Part shown: positions 9,229 through 19,920 of the stretch, piece after piece
How the letters are laid out: every line of letters starts with the position of its first letter
Position numbering within the stretch: position 1 is the stretch's first letter
Assembly (NCBI GenBank): GCA_944382785.1
Contig: CALWNO010000008.1
Location: 851-64,850 of the forward strand
Direction: 5' to 3'
Origin: an uncultured Gemmiger sp.
Lineage (GTDB): Bacteria > Bacillota > Clostridia > Oscillospirales > Ruminococcaceae
DNA: 64,000 nt
Translations under genes and position numbers: made by a program
Notes under the pieces: model-generated
Told to the model about the DNA's origin: nothing
What the model saw: the letters and a program-made list of their open reading frames with translations, nothing else
Database searches by the model: none

Positions 9229-10623
9229 ATGACAAAAGATCTTACAAGCGGTACACCACTTAGGGTTATCGCTTTTTTTACGCTGCCGCTGGTGCTGGGA
9301 AACCTGTTTCAGCAGTTCTATTCACTGGCAGATACCATCATTGTGGGGCGGTTTGTGGGGGTGGATGCCCTGGCGGCCGTTGGTGCCACAGGGTCAGTGA
9401 ATTACCTGATCCTGGGGTTCGTGATCGGTATCTGTAACGGGTTTGCCATTCCCATTGCCCAGTATTTTGGCGCCCGGGATTATTCCAGTATGCGCCGTTA
9501 TGTGGCCAATGCGGGTTGGCTGTGCGTCGTCATGAGTGTGGTGCTCACCATTGCCACCGTGATCCTGACACGGCCCATCATGGAGCTGATGCAGACACCG
9601 GACGACATCATCGAGCAGGCTTCCATCTATATTGGCTGGATTTTTGCGGGAATTCCGTTTGTGTTCCTGTATAATATGGTGTCTGCCATTATGCGTGCTT
9701 TGGGGGATAGCAAGACGCCCCTGTATTTTCTGATCCTGACCAGTGTGCTCAATGTGGGGCTGGACCTGTATCTCATCATTGTATATGATATGGGGGTGTT
9801 GGGGGCAGCGGTTGCCACCGACCTTTCCCAGGCTATTTCCGGCGTGGTCAGCTTTCTTTATATGCTGCGCCGGTTTCATGTGCTCAAAATGGAAGGAGAC
9901 GAGCGCCGACCGGATTCTGCCGTGTGTGCCCGCCTGTGCGGGATGGGCGTACCTATGGGATTGCAGTGCAGCATCACCGCCATCGGTTCGGTGATTATGC
10001 AAAGTGCTGTGAACGTGCTGGGTTCCACTGCTGTGGCGGCAGTCACGGCAGCCGGCAAAACCCAGAATCTGATTACGGTACCGTTGGAAAGCATTGGCAC
10101 CGCCATGGCTACCTATGCCGGGCAGAACCTGGGTGCTGCCAAACTGGGACGCATCCGCCGCGGCACCAACAGTGCCATGCTGCTGATTACCGTCTACTCG
10201 ATTGCATCCGCTTTGTTCCTGCATTTCTTTGACGTAATCATCATCGGTCTGTTTATTGATACAGCGGTGGAAACCACCATTGTGAGCATGGCCAGCGAAT
10301 ACATGTTCTGGAACAGCCTGTTCTTTATCCCTCTGGGCGCTCTGATCGTATGGCGCTACGTCATTCAGGGGCTGGGCTACTCCACCCTGGCTATGATGGC
10401 CGGGGTGGCCGAAATGGCAGCCCGGATGCTGGTGGCCATCACACTGGTGCCGCGCCTGGGATATTTCGGCGCCGAGCTGTCCAATCCGTCTGCCTGGGTG
10501 GCGGCTTGCCTGTTCCTGTGGCCTGCCTATCGCTGGACGGTGGAGCAGCTGCAGAACCGCATGCATGCACGGCGCCTGGCGGCACTGCACGCCATTGGTC
10601 TGGACCCTGGGACCGAAGACTGA
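9229..10623 (+). CDS. MATE family efflux transporter
   Basis: DLTSGTPLRVIAFFTLPLVLGNLFQQFYSLADTIIVGRFVG...RALGDSKTPL; about 12 TM segments; SD AAAGGA. Confidence 0.93.
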   Translation: MTKDLTSGTPLRVIAFFTLPLVLGNLFQQFYSLADTIIVGRFVGVDALAAVGATGSVNYLILGFVIGICNGFAIPIAQYFGARDYSSMRRYVANAGWLCVVMSVVLTIATVILTRPIMELMQTPDDIIEQASIYIGWIFAGIPFVFLYNMVSAIMRALGDSKTPLYFLILTSVLNVGLDLYLIIVYDMGVLGAAVATDLSQAISGVVSFLYMLRRFHVLKMEGDERRPDSAVCARLCGMGVPMGLQCSITAIGSVIMQSAVNVLGSTAVAAVTAAGKTQNLITVPLESIGTAMATYAGQNLGAAKLGRIRRGTNSAMLLITVYSIASALFLHFFDVIIIGLFIDTAVETTIVSMASEYMFWNSLFFIPLGALIVWRYVIQGLGYSTLAMMAGVAEMAARMLVAITLVPRLGYFGAELSNPSAWVAACLFLWPAYRWTVEQLQNRMHARRLAALHAIGLDPGTED

Positions 10624-10680
10624 ATCCTGCATGCAAGGCGGCAAATACTGCATATTTATACCAAAATGTGGATAAAGCCC

Positions 10681-10709
10681 TTGCCCTTGGTCGTGAAAAG
10701 TATTATAAT
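10681..10709 (+). promoter_or_regulatory. Sigma-A-type promoter of lysA
   Basis: TTGCCC-17-TATAAT. Confidence 0.65.
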
Positions 10710-10772
10710 CCAACTATATGTCTTGAGTTGTCAGACAGGCAAGAGGGATTATAAGGAAAGGAAGGACCAGCC

Positions 10773-12047
10773 ATGTCCAGCACAAAGAAGCCGTTTATCA
10801 GCTTGGAGCAGGCACAGCGCATCATTGCGGATGTACCGACGCCGTTCCATATTTATGACGAAAAGGCCATCCGGGAAAATGCGCGCCGTGTCAATGCGGC
10901 GTTTGCCTGGAATCCGGGTTTCAAGGAATACTTTGCCGTCAAGGCTACCCCCAATCCGTACCTGCTGAAAATTTTGCAGGAAGAAGGCTGTGGGGTGGAC
11001 TGCTCCAGCTACACCGAACTGATGCTCAGCGAAGCCTGCGGCTTTTCCGGCGCCGATATCATGTTTTCTTCCAATGAGACGCCTGCAGAAGACATGAAGA
11101 AGGCCTATGACCTGCATGCCAACATCAACCTGGATGATTTGACCCATGTGGACTTCCTGCAGCGGGTGGCCGGGATTCCGCCGGTGATCTGCTGCCGTTA
11201 TAATCCGGGCGGGGTGTTTGATCTGGGCAACGGGATCATGGATAATCCCGGTGATTCCAAGTACGGTATGACCGAGGACCAGATGGCGGAAGCCTACACC
11301 CGCCTGATGCAGCTGGGGGCCAAGGAATTCGGTATTCACGCTTTCCTGGCCAGCAACACGGTCACGGATGAGTATTACCCCGAACTGGCGGGCATCCTGT
11401 TCCGCCTGGCCGTCCGCCTGAAGGAGCGCACCGGGGCCAAGATCAAGTTTATCAATCTGTCCGGTGGGGTGGGCATCGCCTACAAGCCGGGGCAGCGCGA
11501 TAACGATATCATGGCTATCGGAGAAGGCGTGCGCCGCCAGTATGAATCCATCCTGACGCCGGCGGGGATGGGGGATGTGGAAATCTACACCGAAATGGGC
11601 CGGTATATGCTGGGCCCCTACGGCGGTCTGGTGACCACCGCCATCCATCAGAAACATATCTATAAGGAATACATCGGCGTGGATGCCTGTGCTGCCAACC
11701 TGATGCGCCCGGCCATGTACGGTGCCTATCACCACATCACGGTTCTGGGCAAGGAGGATGCACCTGCGGATCATGTGTATGATGTGGTGGGTGGTCTGTG
11801 TGAAAACAACGACAAGTTTGCCATTGACCGCCAACTGCCGCAGATCGATACAGGGGACATCCTGTTCATCCATGATACCGGTGCCCATGGATTTTCCATG
11901 GGATACAACTACAATGGCAAGCTTCGCAGCGCTGAAGTACTGCTGTGTGAGGACGGTACCCACCAGCTGATCCGCCGTGCCGAAACACCGGCCGATTACT
12001 TTGCCACGCTGGATTTCAGCCCGTTCTATAAAAAAATGGGCCTGTGA
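10773..12047 (+). CDS. lysA: Diaminopimelate decarboxylase
   Basis: YFAVKATPN PLP lysine, SKYG, INLSGGVG, EMGRY, GGLCENND, HDTGAHG. Confidence 0.92.
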   Translation: MSSTKKPFISLEQAQRIIADVPTPFHIYDEKAIRENARRVNAAFAWNPGFKEYFAVKATPNPYLLKILQEEGCGVDCSSYTELMLSEACGFSGADIMFSSNETPAEDMKKAYDLHANINLDDLTHVDFLQRVAGIPPVICCRYNPGGVFDLGNGIMDNPGDSKYGMTEDQMAEAYTRLMQLGAKEFGIHAFLASNTVTDEYYPELAGILFRLAVRLKERTGAKIKFINLSGGVGIAYKPGQRDNDIMAIGEGVRRQYESILTPAGMGDVEIYTEMGRYMLGPYGGLVTTAIHQKHIYKEYIGVDACAANLMRPAMYGAYHHITVLGKEDAPADHVYDVVGGLCENNDKFAIDRQLPQIDTGDILFIHDTGAHGFSMGYNYNGKLRSAEVLLCEDGTHQLIRRAETPADYFATLDFSPFYKKMGL

Positions 12048-12070
12048 TCCACCCTGCGCCCAAAACCATG

Positions 12071-12108
12071 AAAAAGGCCACGTCTCCCATGGGAGACGTG
12101 GCCTTTTT
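12071..12108. terminator. Bidirectional terminator between convergent lysA and mnmA
   Basis: Perfect 38-bp palindrome AAAAAGGCCACGTCTCCCA|TGGGAGACGTGGCCTTTTT. Confidence 0.9.
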
Positions 12109-12126
12109 TCTGCTTGAAAGAGTCGA

Positions 12127-13191
12127 TTATTCGGTCGTCTGGATGAAGCCGCCGCCGAACACAAATCCACCCCGGTAGAATACCGCGCTCTGACCGGGGG
12201 CGGGGGCGCGCACCGGATCCGGGAACGTGACGATCAAACTGCCATCAGGATTGTGGGCGACATGGCAGGGAACCGCTTTGGCGGCGCTGCGCACCTTGAC
12301 CCGGTAGTCTCCTTCCGCCAGAGGCTGGCTGTCCGGGGTGGCGATATTCCCCACCACCATGCGGGAGGCGTACTCGCCGCCGCTCTCAGCCAGCTGGATG
12401 TTTCCGTCCGGCAGAATGGCCTTCACGAACAGCGGACGGCCTGCGGCGATGCCAAGGCCCTTGCGCTGCCCCACGGTATAATGGTCCACACCGGCGTGTT
12501 CGCCCAGATCCTCCCCGTCCGGACCGATGAAACGGCCGCTTTTGGGGGTAAATCCCCGATCCCGGATGTAGGCGGAATAGGCGCCATCCGGAATGAAGCA
12601 GATTTCCATGGAGTCGGGAGCATCGGCACAGGCCAGCTCCAGATCCCGGGCAATTTCCCGCACGTCATCCTTCTCAAAATCGCCCAAGGGAAGGATCAGG
12701 CGGGACAAAATCTCCTGGGGCAGGCGGTACAGCATATAGCTTTGATCCCGGGCCGTGCTGTCGGCGGTACACAGGCGACTTTTGCCGTCACTGCACACTT
12801 CCACCCGGGCATAATGCCCTGTGGCAATGAACTGGCAGCCCAGCTCGTCCGCTTTGCGCAGCAACAGACGGAATTTTACCGCCGGATTGCAGAGAATACA
12901 GGGATTGGGGGTGCGTCCGGCACAGTAATTTTCACAGAAAGGGGTAATGACTTCCCGCTCAAAATCTTCCTGGGCGTCGATCACATGGACGGGAACTCCC
13001 AGTTTGGCGCCGGTTTCCCGGGCGGACTGCACCGCTGCGTCGTGGGCCGGAGAAAAGCAGATCACCGCGCCCTGTACCGCGAATCCCTGCTCCTGCAGGA
13101 TCCGTACCGTGACGCTGGAATCCACTCCGCCGCTCATACCAACAAGGACCTTGTCCTGCTTTTCAAATGTGTTGAATCCAAGGGCATCCAT
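12127..13191 (-). CDS. mnmA: tRNA 2-thiouridine(34) synthase
   Basis: VGMSGGVDSS PP-loop, TPNPCILCN, ATGHYAR, RDQSY, DSMEICF, YTVGQRKGLG, APGQSAVFY. Confidence 0.97.
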   Translation of the reverse strand: MDALGFNTFEKQDKVLVGMSGGVDSSVTVRILQEQGFAVQGAVICFSPAHDAAVQSARETGAKLGVPVHVIDAQEDFEREVITPFCENYCAGRTPNPCILCNPAVKFRLLLRKADELGCQFIATGHYARVEVCSDGKSRLCTADSTARDQSYMLYRLPQEILSRLILPLGDFEKDDVREIARDLELACADAPDSMEICFIPDGAYSAYIRDRGFTPKSGRFIGPDGEDLGEHAGVDHYTVGQRKGLGIAAGRPLFVKAILPDGNIQLAESGGEYASRMVVGNIATPDSQPLAEGDYRVKVRSAAKAVPCHVAHNPDGSLIVTFPDPVRAPAPGQSAVFYRGGFVFGGGFIQTTE

Positions 13192-13214
13192 TATAATTTC
13201 CTCCGAATGTGGTT

Positions 13215-13679
13215 TTATGCCTGCCGTCCGCCAAATCGTTTGCTCTGTTCTACCGCCATGCGGTCACAGCGTTCGTTTTCGGGATGTCCGGCATGGCCTT
13301 TCAGCCAGTGGTAGCGGATCACATGTTTTTCACTTTCTTCCAGCAGCGGCGCCCACAGGTCGGGGTTCAGGGCAGGAGACTTGTCGGCTTTTTTCCAGCC
13401 GCGGGCACGCCATCCCTTGGCCCATCCCTTCTCCAGACCGTTGATGACATATTGGCTGTCGCTGTACAGATCAATGGCACAGGGCTCCTTGAGCTGGCGC
13501 AGGGCTTCCAGCAAGCCGGTCAGTTCCATGCGGTTGTTGGTGGTGGAAGCTTCGCCGCCGCTGATCTCCTTCTCAAACACCTTGCCGGTGCTGGTGCGGA
13601 ACCGCAGGATGGCGCCCCAGCCACCGGGGCCGGGATTGCCGCTGCAGGCGCCGTCGGTATAGATTTCGATTTGTTTCAT
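13215..13679 (-). CDS. rnhA: Ribonuclease HI
   Basis: IYTDGACSGNPGPGGWG, TTNNRMEL, SDSQY, WLKGHAGHPENERCD. Confidence 0.97.
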   Translation of the reverse strand: MKQIEIYTDGACSGNPGPGGWGAILRFRTSTGKVFEKEISGGEASTTNNRMELTGLLEALRQLKEPCAIDLYSDSQYVINGLEKGWAKGWRARGWKKADKSPALNPDLWAPLLEESEKHVIRYHWLKGHAGHPENERCDRMAVEQSKRFGGRQA

Positions 13680-13775
13680 GGTGTTTTGCAAACCTTTCCT
13701 GGTCCATACTGGTTTTGTGCCCTTATTATACCTGTTTTGCCGCTGTGTGGCAACTGCCCCGCCACAGCGGCGCAA

Positions 13776-13804
13776 TTGACAATGGTCTGTACAGGATTTA
13801 TAAT
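13776..13804 (+). promoter_or_regulatory. Consensus sigma-A promoter for the rnj-gdpP-rplI-dnaB region
   Basis: Perfect TTGACA-17-TATAAT. Confidence 0.85.
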
Positions 13805-13981
13805 AAGACTAATTGCAATGTCATGTTTTTCGCAGGGCCCGGTCGCATCCTGTCGGATGGACTTTTCGCGCCCAACAGCCTGTTGGCAAAAATCATACGA
13901 TGCAAAGAAAAATCTCATCGATCAGAGCCGCGGCCGTGTGCGCGCAGGTCTGTCGGTGCGGAATATTCCGGAGGTATTTGA

Positions 13982-15961
13982 ATGGAAGAAATGAACCAGA
14001 AGCAGAGTCCCAAACGCCCGGCCCAGAAGCGTGCCCGGCAGAACAGCAATGCCCAGGGCGGGCAGTCCCGCCGCGCTCACGGGGAGAACAAGACTCCCAA
14101 AGCGCAGAGCAGCAAAAAGACCGCCGGTGGGGAACAGCCCAAAGCGGCCAAAGCACCCCGCGCACCTCGTGCTGCCCGGGGAGAGGCCCCGCGCCGGCAG
14201 CCCCGTCAGAACAACAACCAGCCCCGGCTGACCGCTCCCGCCCAGGCTCCCCGCCTGCCGCGCCGCCGTCAGAGTGCGCCAATCTATGATGAGCCCGCCA
14301 TCCCCATGCATATCTGCCCCCTGGGCGGTCTGGGAGAAGTGGGTAAGAATATCACCCTGTATGAATGCCAGGGGGACATGATTCTGGTGGACTGCGGCCT
14401 GGTGTTCCCGGACGAAGAAATGTTCGGTGTGGATCTGGTCATTCCGGATTTCACCTATGTGCTGGAAAACAAGGACCGCATCAAGGGGCTTTTCATTACC
14501 CATGGTCATGAGGACCATATCGGCAGTCTGCCCTATCTGCTCAAGAAATTCAATGTGCCCATCTATACGGCCAAACTGACCATCGGTCTGATCAAGAATA
14601 AACTGGAGGAGCACGGTCTGGCTTCCAGCGCCGAGTTCCATGAGATTCGTCCCCGCCAGAAGATCCGCCTGGGCTGCTTTACGGTGGAGCCCATCCATGT
14701 GAATCACTCCATCCCCGACGCCCTGGCCTTTGCCATTGAATGCCCGGCCGGCATTGTGCTGCATACTGGCGACTTCAAAATCGACTATACGCCGTTGTCC
14801 GGCGATGCGGTGACCGACCTTTCCACTATTGCGGAATACGGGCGCCGTGGTGTGCTGGCTCTGCTGGCCGATTCCACCAACGCCGAACGTCCGGGATTTA
14901 CAGCCACCGAGCAAACTGTGGCGGAAGGTGTGCGCCGGTTGTTCCACAAGGCAGGCAACCGCCGGATCATTGTGGCCACCTTTGCTTCCAACATTTACCG
15001 CATCCAGCAGATCATTGAGCTGGCCATGGAGAGCGGACGCAAGGTGGCGGTGAACGGGCGCAGTATGGTTTCCAACACCGAGATGGCCCGGGAACTGGGC
15101 TATATCCGGGTGCCGGACAATGTGCTGATCGATATTGAGGAAGTGAACAAGTATCCGCCGGAAAAGGTGGTCCTGATCACCACCGGCAGCCAGGGCGAGC
15201 CTTTGTCCGCGCTGTCCCGCATGGCCCAGGCAAGTCACCGCACCGTCAAGGTCGGGCCCAGCGATTTCATTATCATCTCGGCCCGTCCCATTCCCGGCAA
15301 CGAAAAGACGGTCACCAAGGTGGTCAACGGTCTGCTGACTCTGGGCGCCGAAGTGATCTATGAGAACATGTATGATACCCATGTATCCGGCCATGCCTGC
15401 CAGGAGGAGCAGAAGCTGATTCTGACCCTGGCCCATCCCCAGTATTTCCTGCCGGTGCACGGGGAATTCAAACAGCTCAAACGCCATGCCGAGACGGCTG
15501 AGCATCTGGGCTACATCCCCAAGAACAACATCTATATTGCCGAAAACGGTCAGAATATCCGGATCTCTCAGGATGGATTGACCGTGGAGGGGACGGTACC
15601 TTCCGGCGCGGTGATGGTGGACGGTTACGGTGTGGGCGATGTAGGCAATGTGGTTCTGCGCGACCGGCACCATCTGTCGGAGGATGGCATCATCATCGTC
15701 ACGGTGGCGGTGGATGGCCGCACCGGCCAGGTGGTTTCCGGGCCGGAACTGGTTTCCCGCGGCTTTGTCTATGTGCGGGAAAGCGAGGAACTGATGGACG
15801 GCGCACGTACTCAGGTGGAGATGGCTCTGGACCGCAGTCTGGCCGACAATCTGCATGACTGGGCCAGTGTGAAAGCCCGGGTGCGGGAAGCTCTTTCCAG
15901 CTATATCTATCGCCGCACCAAGCGCAGCCCCATGATCCTGCCCATCCTGATGGAAGTATAA
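13982..15961 (+). CDS. rnj: Ribonuclease J with an N-terminal low-complexity extension
   Basis: PLGGLGEVGKN, THGHEDHIG, HTGDFKID, HVSGHA, PVHGE. Confidence 0.96.
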   Translation: MEEMNQKQSPKRPAQKRARQNSNAQGGQSRRAHGENKTPKAQSSKKTAGGEQPKAAKAPRAPRAARGEAPRRQPRQNNNQPRLTAPAQAPRLPRRRQSAPIYDEPAIPMHICPLGGLGEVGKNITLYECQGDMILVDCGLVFPDEEMFGVDLVIPDFTYVLENKDRIKGLFITHGHEDHIGSLPYLLKKFNVPIYTAKLTIGLIKNKLEEHGLASSAEFHEIRPRQKIRLGCFTVEPIHVNHSIPDALAFAIECPAGIVLHTGDFKIDYTPLSGDAVTDLSTIAEYGRRGVLALLADSTNAERPGFTATEQTVAEGVRRLFHKAGNRRIIVATFASNIYRIQQIIELAMESGRKVAVNGRSMVSNTEMARELGYIRVPDNVLIDIEEVNKYPPEKVVLITTGSQGEPLSALSRMAQASHRTVKVGPSDFIIISARPIPGNEKTVTKVVNGLLTLGAEVIYENMYDTHVSGHACQEEQKLILTLAHPQYFLPVHGEFKQLKRHAETAEHLGYIPKNNIYIAENGQNIRISQDGLTVEGTVPSGAVMVDGYGVGDVGNVVLRDRHHLSEDGIIIVTVAVDGRTGQVVSGPELVSRGFVYVRESEELMDGARTQVEMALDRSLADNLHDWASVKARVREALSSYIYRRTKRSPMILPILMEV

Positions 15962-16010
15962 CACAGGCGGTGCGCGGTCTGCCGCGTGCCACCCAAACAC
16001 CGAGGATACC

Positions 16011-17987
16011 ATGAAACATAAAAGAAGTCTCGACAGCATTGTACTCCTCATTCTGCTAACGGTGGCCTGCCTGGCGCTGGTCGTTCCGGTGGCTGTTCTG
16101 CGTCCGGTGTGGCTGATTGCACCGGCTGTCGCAGTGCTGATCGCCGGGATCGTGGTGGTTGTGAACATCCGGCGCTTGCGCCGGTTCGTGGCTGCCAATC
16201 TGTCCGGCCGCCAGTTTGAAGGCAGCAAACTGCAGTACTCTCTGGGAGAACTGCCGGTACCTGTCATGCTGCTGGACGGCAAGACCATTGTCTGGTACAA
16301 TGATCTTTTCCGGGATCAGATCATGGAAGGGGAAGACGCCGTACAGCCCGTGGTGGAACGTTTCCTGCCGGGGTTTGATCTGGCGGTCTGTGCCCGCCCC
16401 CACGGCCAGGATCTGGCTGCCAACGGCAGTCGGTTCACGGCTTATGCCAGCCCGGCAAAAGGGGAGTCCGGCGGCAGCCTGGTGTATCTGATTGATGATA
16501 CTTTCTACAAGGAAACACTGGATGAATACAATGCCAGTCGCCCGGCCTATCTGAATATTGTGATCGACAGCTATGATGAGCTGTTCACCGATATGAAGGA
16601 TTCCGAGCAGGCCCGGGAACTGGAAGCCATCAACCGCCTGCTGGAAGAGTATTTTGCCCAGACCACCGGCTTTTTGCGTCGGGTATCCAACAACCGCTAT
16701 ATTGCGGTGGTGGAAGAGCGCGATGCCCGCCGGATGATCGAAAAACGCTTTGACATTCTGGATCAGGTGCGGGCACTGAATCCCAGCGGGATGATTACCA
16801 TCTCCATCGGTTTGGGACACGGGGGCAAGACCCTGTTTGAATGCCAGGAAATGGCCCGGGAAAGTATTGATATCGCCCTGGGCCGCGGCGGCGACCAGGC
16901 TGCCATCAAGACGGTGGACGGCTTTGAATTTTACGGCGGCGTTTCTCATGGTGTGGAAAAGCGCAGTCATGTGCGCAGCCGGATCATTGCCAACGCCCTG
17001 GCGGATCAGATCCGTCAAAGCGACAGCGTGATTGTCATGGGGCACCGCATGTCCGACCTGGACGCTGTCGGGTCTGCTATTGGTGTCCTGCGCATGTGCA
17101 AGATGTGCGAAGTTCCTTCGGTCATTGCCATCCGGCGGGACGCCACCCTGGCGGGAGCCTTGCTGGATGTGTTTGATGAAGCCGGGGAAGACCACAACTT
17201 TATCGATCCCAAGGAAACGCTGGATCTGATCACTCCGAACACTTTGCTGATTGTGGTGGATACCTACCAGAAATATCTGCTGGAAAGTTCGGAGATCTAC
17301 GCCAAGTGCAAACGGGTGGTGGTGATTGACCACCACCGCATGGCGGTAGGCCATATTGACAACCCGGTGCTGCTGTACCACGAACCCTACGCATCCAGCG
17401 CCAGTGAATTGGTTTGTGAACTGCTGCAGTTCATGCCGTCCCAGGGCAATATCACACCCCTGGAAGCGCAGGCTCTGCTGGCCGGCATTATGCTGGATAC
17501 CCGCAGCTTTGCGCTGCACGTGGGGGTGCGTACCTTTGAAGCGGCCGCCTGGCTGCGCAGCCGGGGGGCTAAAACCGCCGAAACCAAACTGCTGTTCAAT
17601 GTCTCTAAAGAGGAATATGAGGCCCGGGCCTCTATCGTGGAGAGTGCCTATATCTACAAGGGCTGTGCGGTGGCGGTGTCCGGTGAACTGGACCCCGGCA
17701 TGAGCGTGGTCCTGCCCATGGCGGCCAACGATCTGCTGACCATCAACGGGGTGGACGCCAGCTTTGTGGCGGTGGCCAAAAACGGCGGGGTGAACATCAG
17801 TGCCCGCAGTATGGGTGCGCTGAATGTGCAGGTGATTCTGGAGCCTTTGGGTGGCGGCGGTCACCTGACCATGGCAGGCGCACAGCTCAAAAACTGTACC
17901 GTCAAGCAGGCAGAAGCCCGTATTCGGGAACAGATCGATCATTACCGGGCGGCCCAGGCACAAACCAAGGCCGATGCCCGGCTGTAA
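16011..17987 (+). CDS. gdpP: Cyclic-di-AMP phosphodiesterase GdpP-like (TM, degenerate GGDEF, DHH/DHHA1)
   Basis: N-terminal TM helices, ALGRGGDQ, MGH..SDLDAVGS, IDHHR, GIMLDT, GGGGH; directly upstream of rplI-dnaB. Confidence 0.88.
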   Translation: MKHKRSLDSIVLLILLTVACLALVVPVAVLRPVWLIAPAVAVLIAGIVVVVNIRRLRRFVAANLSGRQFEGSKLQYSLGELPVPVMLLDGKTIVWYNDLFRDQIMEGEDAVQPVVERFLPGFDLAVCARPHGQDLAANGSRFTAYASPAKGESGGSLVYLIDDTFYKETLDEYNASRPAYLNIVIDSYDELFTDMKDSEQARELEAINRLLEEYFAQTTGFLRRVSNNRYIAVVEERDARRMIEKRFDILDQVRALNPSGMITISIGLGHGGKTLFECQEMARESIDIALGRGGDQAAIKTVDGFEFYGGVSHGVEKRSHVRSRIIANALADQIRQSDSVIVMGHRMSDLDAVGSAIGVLRMCKMCEVPSVIAIRRDATLAGALLDVFDEAGEDHNFIDPKETLDLITPNTLLIVVDTYQKYLLESSEIYAKCKRVVVIDHHRMAVGHIDNPVLLYHEPYASSASELVCELLQFMPSQGNITPLEAQALLAGIMLDTRSFALHVGVRTFEAAAWLRSRGAKTAETKLLFNVSKEEYEARASIVESAYIYKGCAVAVSGELDPGMSVVLPMAANDLLTINGVDASFVAVAKNGGVNISARSMGALNVQVILEPLGGGGHLTMAGAQLKNCTVKQAEARIREQIDHYRAAQAQTKADARL

Positions 17988-18032
17988 CCGCAAGCTGTTT
18001 CAATTTTTTACATAAAGAGGGGAGAAACCACC

Positions 18033-18476
18033 ATGAAAGTCATTCTCAAACAGGATGTCAAGACCATCGGCAAAAAGGACGAGATCCATGAAGTGTCTGA
18101 CGGGTACGCCCGCAACTTCCTGTTCCCCCGCGGCCTGGCCGCGCCGGCGGACGCCAACGCGCTGAACACCGCCCGCACCAAGAGCGAGGCAAAGGCCCAT
18201 CATGAAGCCGAAGCCAAGGCGGCTGCCGAAGCGCTGGCTGCCAAGATCAAGGATCAGACCGTGGCCGTCAAGGTCAAGGGCGGGGCTTCCGGCAAGCTGT
18301 ACGGCAAGGTCACCGGCAAAGATGTTGCCGAAGCCCTGGGCCGCATGATCGGCGCCGAAATTGACAAGAAGAAGGTGGAGCTGCCTTCCATCAAGGAGTT
18401 CGGCTCCTACGATGCCCAGGTGCGTCTGCATCCCGGCGTGGCTGCTTCCTTCAAGGTCAAGGTGGAAGAGCTGTAA
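18033..18476 (+). CDS. rplI: 50S ribosomal protein L9
   Basis: [36 protein letters not shown]; GKLYGKVT. Confidence 0.98.
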   Translation: MKVILKQDVKTIGKKDEIHEVSDGYARNFLFPRGLAAPADANALNTARTKSEAKAHHEAEAKAAAEALAAKIKDQTVAVKVKGGASGKLYGKVTGKDVAEALGRMIGAEIDKKKVELPSIKEFGSYDAQVRLHPGVAASFKVKVEEL

Positions 18477-18525
18477 AGCTGTATGACTTTACAGAACAAA
18501 AGCTCTGAAAAAGGGAGGTGTCTGT

Positions 18526-19920
18526 ATGCCTGCGGGTGAATTGAGTCTTTCCAGTCTGGGCATCCAGATGCCCTACAACATGCAGGCGGAACAGAGTGTT
18601 CTTGGCGCGGCGCTGATGGATGAAACCATCCTCAACCGTCTGATCACCGAGCTGGAACCGGATATGTTTTATTCGGACCAGAACCGCGCCGTGTATGAAC
18701 AGATGCGCACCCTCTTCGCGGACAGCGAAGCGGTGGACGTGATCACGCTGGTGGATGCGCTGGCCCAGAACCCTGCCTTCAAAGGTGCCGATGACGCCAA
18801 GATCTATATTGCCCATATTGCAGAAACGGTTCCAGCCATCTCCAATGTGGATTCCTATCTCAAGATCGTCAAGGAAAAGTATCAGACCCGGCGTTTGATC
18901 GAGGCGGCCCGTTCCACCCTGGAACAAGCCATCACCGAACCGGATGCCGACATGTTGCTGGAAAGCGCCGAGCAGAAGCTGTACGATATCCGGGGCGGCC
19001 AGGAAAAGTCCGGTGTCAAGACCATCCGGGAATCTATCCTGGAAGTCATTGATACCATGCAGAAACTCAGCGGCGCAGACCGCGACAAGTTTGCCGGTAT
19101 CCCCACCGGGTTCAATTATCTGGACAATGTGCTTACCGGCCTGGGACGGTCCGACCTGATCATTCTGGCGGCCCGCCCCGGCATGGGCAAAACCAGTTTC
19201 GCTTTGAATATTGCCACCAACGTGGCGCGCCAGCAGAAGATTCCCACCATCATTTTCAGCCTGGAAATGACCTGCGAACAGCTGACAGACCGTATTTTGT
19301 CCAGCGTGGCCGGGATCGACAGCCAGGCATTCCGTACCGGCCGGCTGAACAATTCCGACTGGAACGATTTTGCAACGGCAACATCGCTGTTGTATAATGT
19401 GCCCATCTACATGGATGATTCCTCCGGTATCTCGGTACCGGAACTGAAAGCCAAGATCCGCCAGATCAACCAGGACCCCAAAAAAGAAAAGATCGGGCTG
19501 GTTATCATCGACTACCTGCAGCTGATGCAGAGTGCCAAGCGCACCGAAAGCCGCGTGCAGGAAATCAGTGATATTACCCGTAACCTGAAGATCATGGCCA
19601 AGGAACTGAATGTGCCGGTCATCGCCCTGTCGCAGCTGTCCCGTGCGGCCGAAAAGACCACCGGGCGGTCGGACCATCGACCCCAGCTGTCCGACCTGCG
19701 TGACTCCGGTTCCATCGAACAGGATGCCGACGTGGTGTTGTTTCTGTACCGCGCCGCGTATTATAACCGTCAGAACGGCGAAGCCGAACAGGCCAATGAG
19801 AACGAGGCCGAGTGCATCGTAGCCAAAAACCGCCACGGTGAAACCAGCATCGTCCGTCTGGGCTGGGATGGCGCGCACACACGCTTCAGCAATTTGGATG
19901 AGATTCATGAACAGTATTGA
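18526..19920 (+). CDS. dnaB: Replicative DNA helicase
   Basis: AEQSVLGA, AARPGMGKT Walker A, IIDYLQL, ALSQLSR, DLRDSGSIEQDAD, AKNRHG. Confidence 0.98.
   Translation: MPAGELSLSSLGIQMPYNMQAEQSVLGAALMDETILNRLITELEPDMFYSDQNRAVYEQMRTLFADSEAVDVITLVDALAQNPAFKGADDAKIYIAHIAETVPAISNVDSYLKIVKEKYQTRRLIEAARSTLEQAITEPDADMLLESAEQKLYDIRGGQEKSGVKTIRESILEVIDTMQKLSGADRDKFAGIPTGFNYLDNVLTGLGRSDLIILAARPGMGKTSFALNIATNVARQQKIPTIIFSLEMTCEQLTDRILSSVAGIDSQAFRTGRLNNSDWNDFATATSLLYNVPIYMDDSSGISVPELKAKIRQINQDPKKEKIGLVIIDYLQLMQSAKRTESRVQEISDITRNLKIMAKELNVPVIALSQLSRAAEKTTGRSDHRPQLSDLRDSGSIEQDADVVLFLYRAAYYNRQNGEAEQANENEAECIVAKNRHGETSIVRLGWDGAHTRFSNLDEIHEQY

Noticed and set aside
10624-10772. Lysine riboswitch upstream of lysA
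   Set aside because: Only ~55 nt between the -10 box and the start codon; no L-box features
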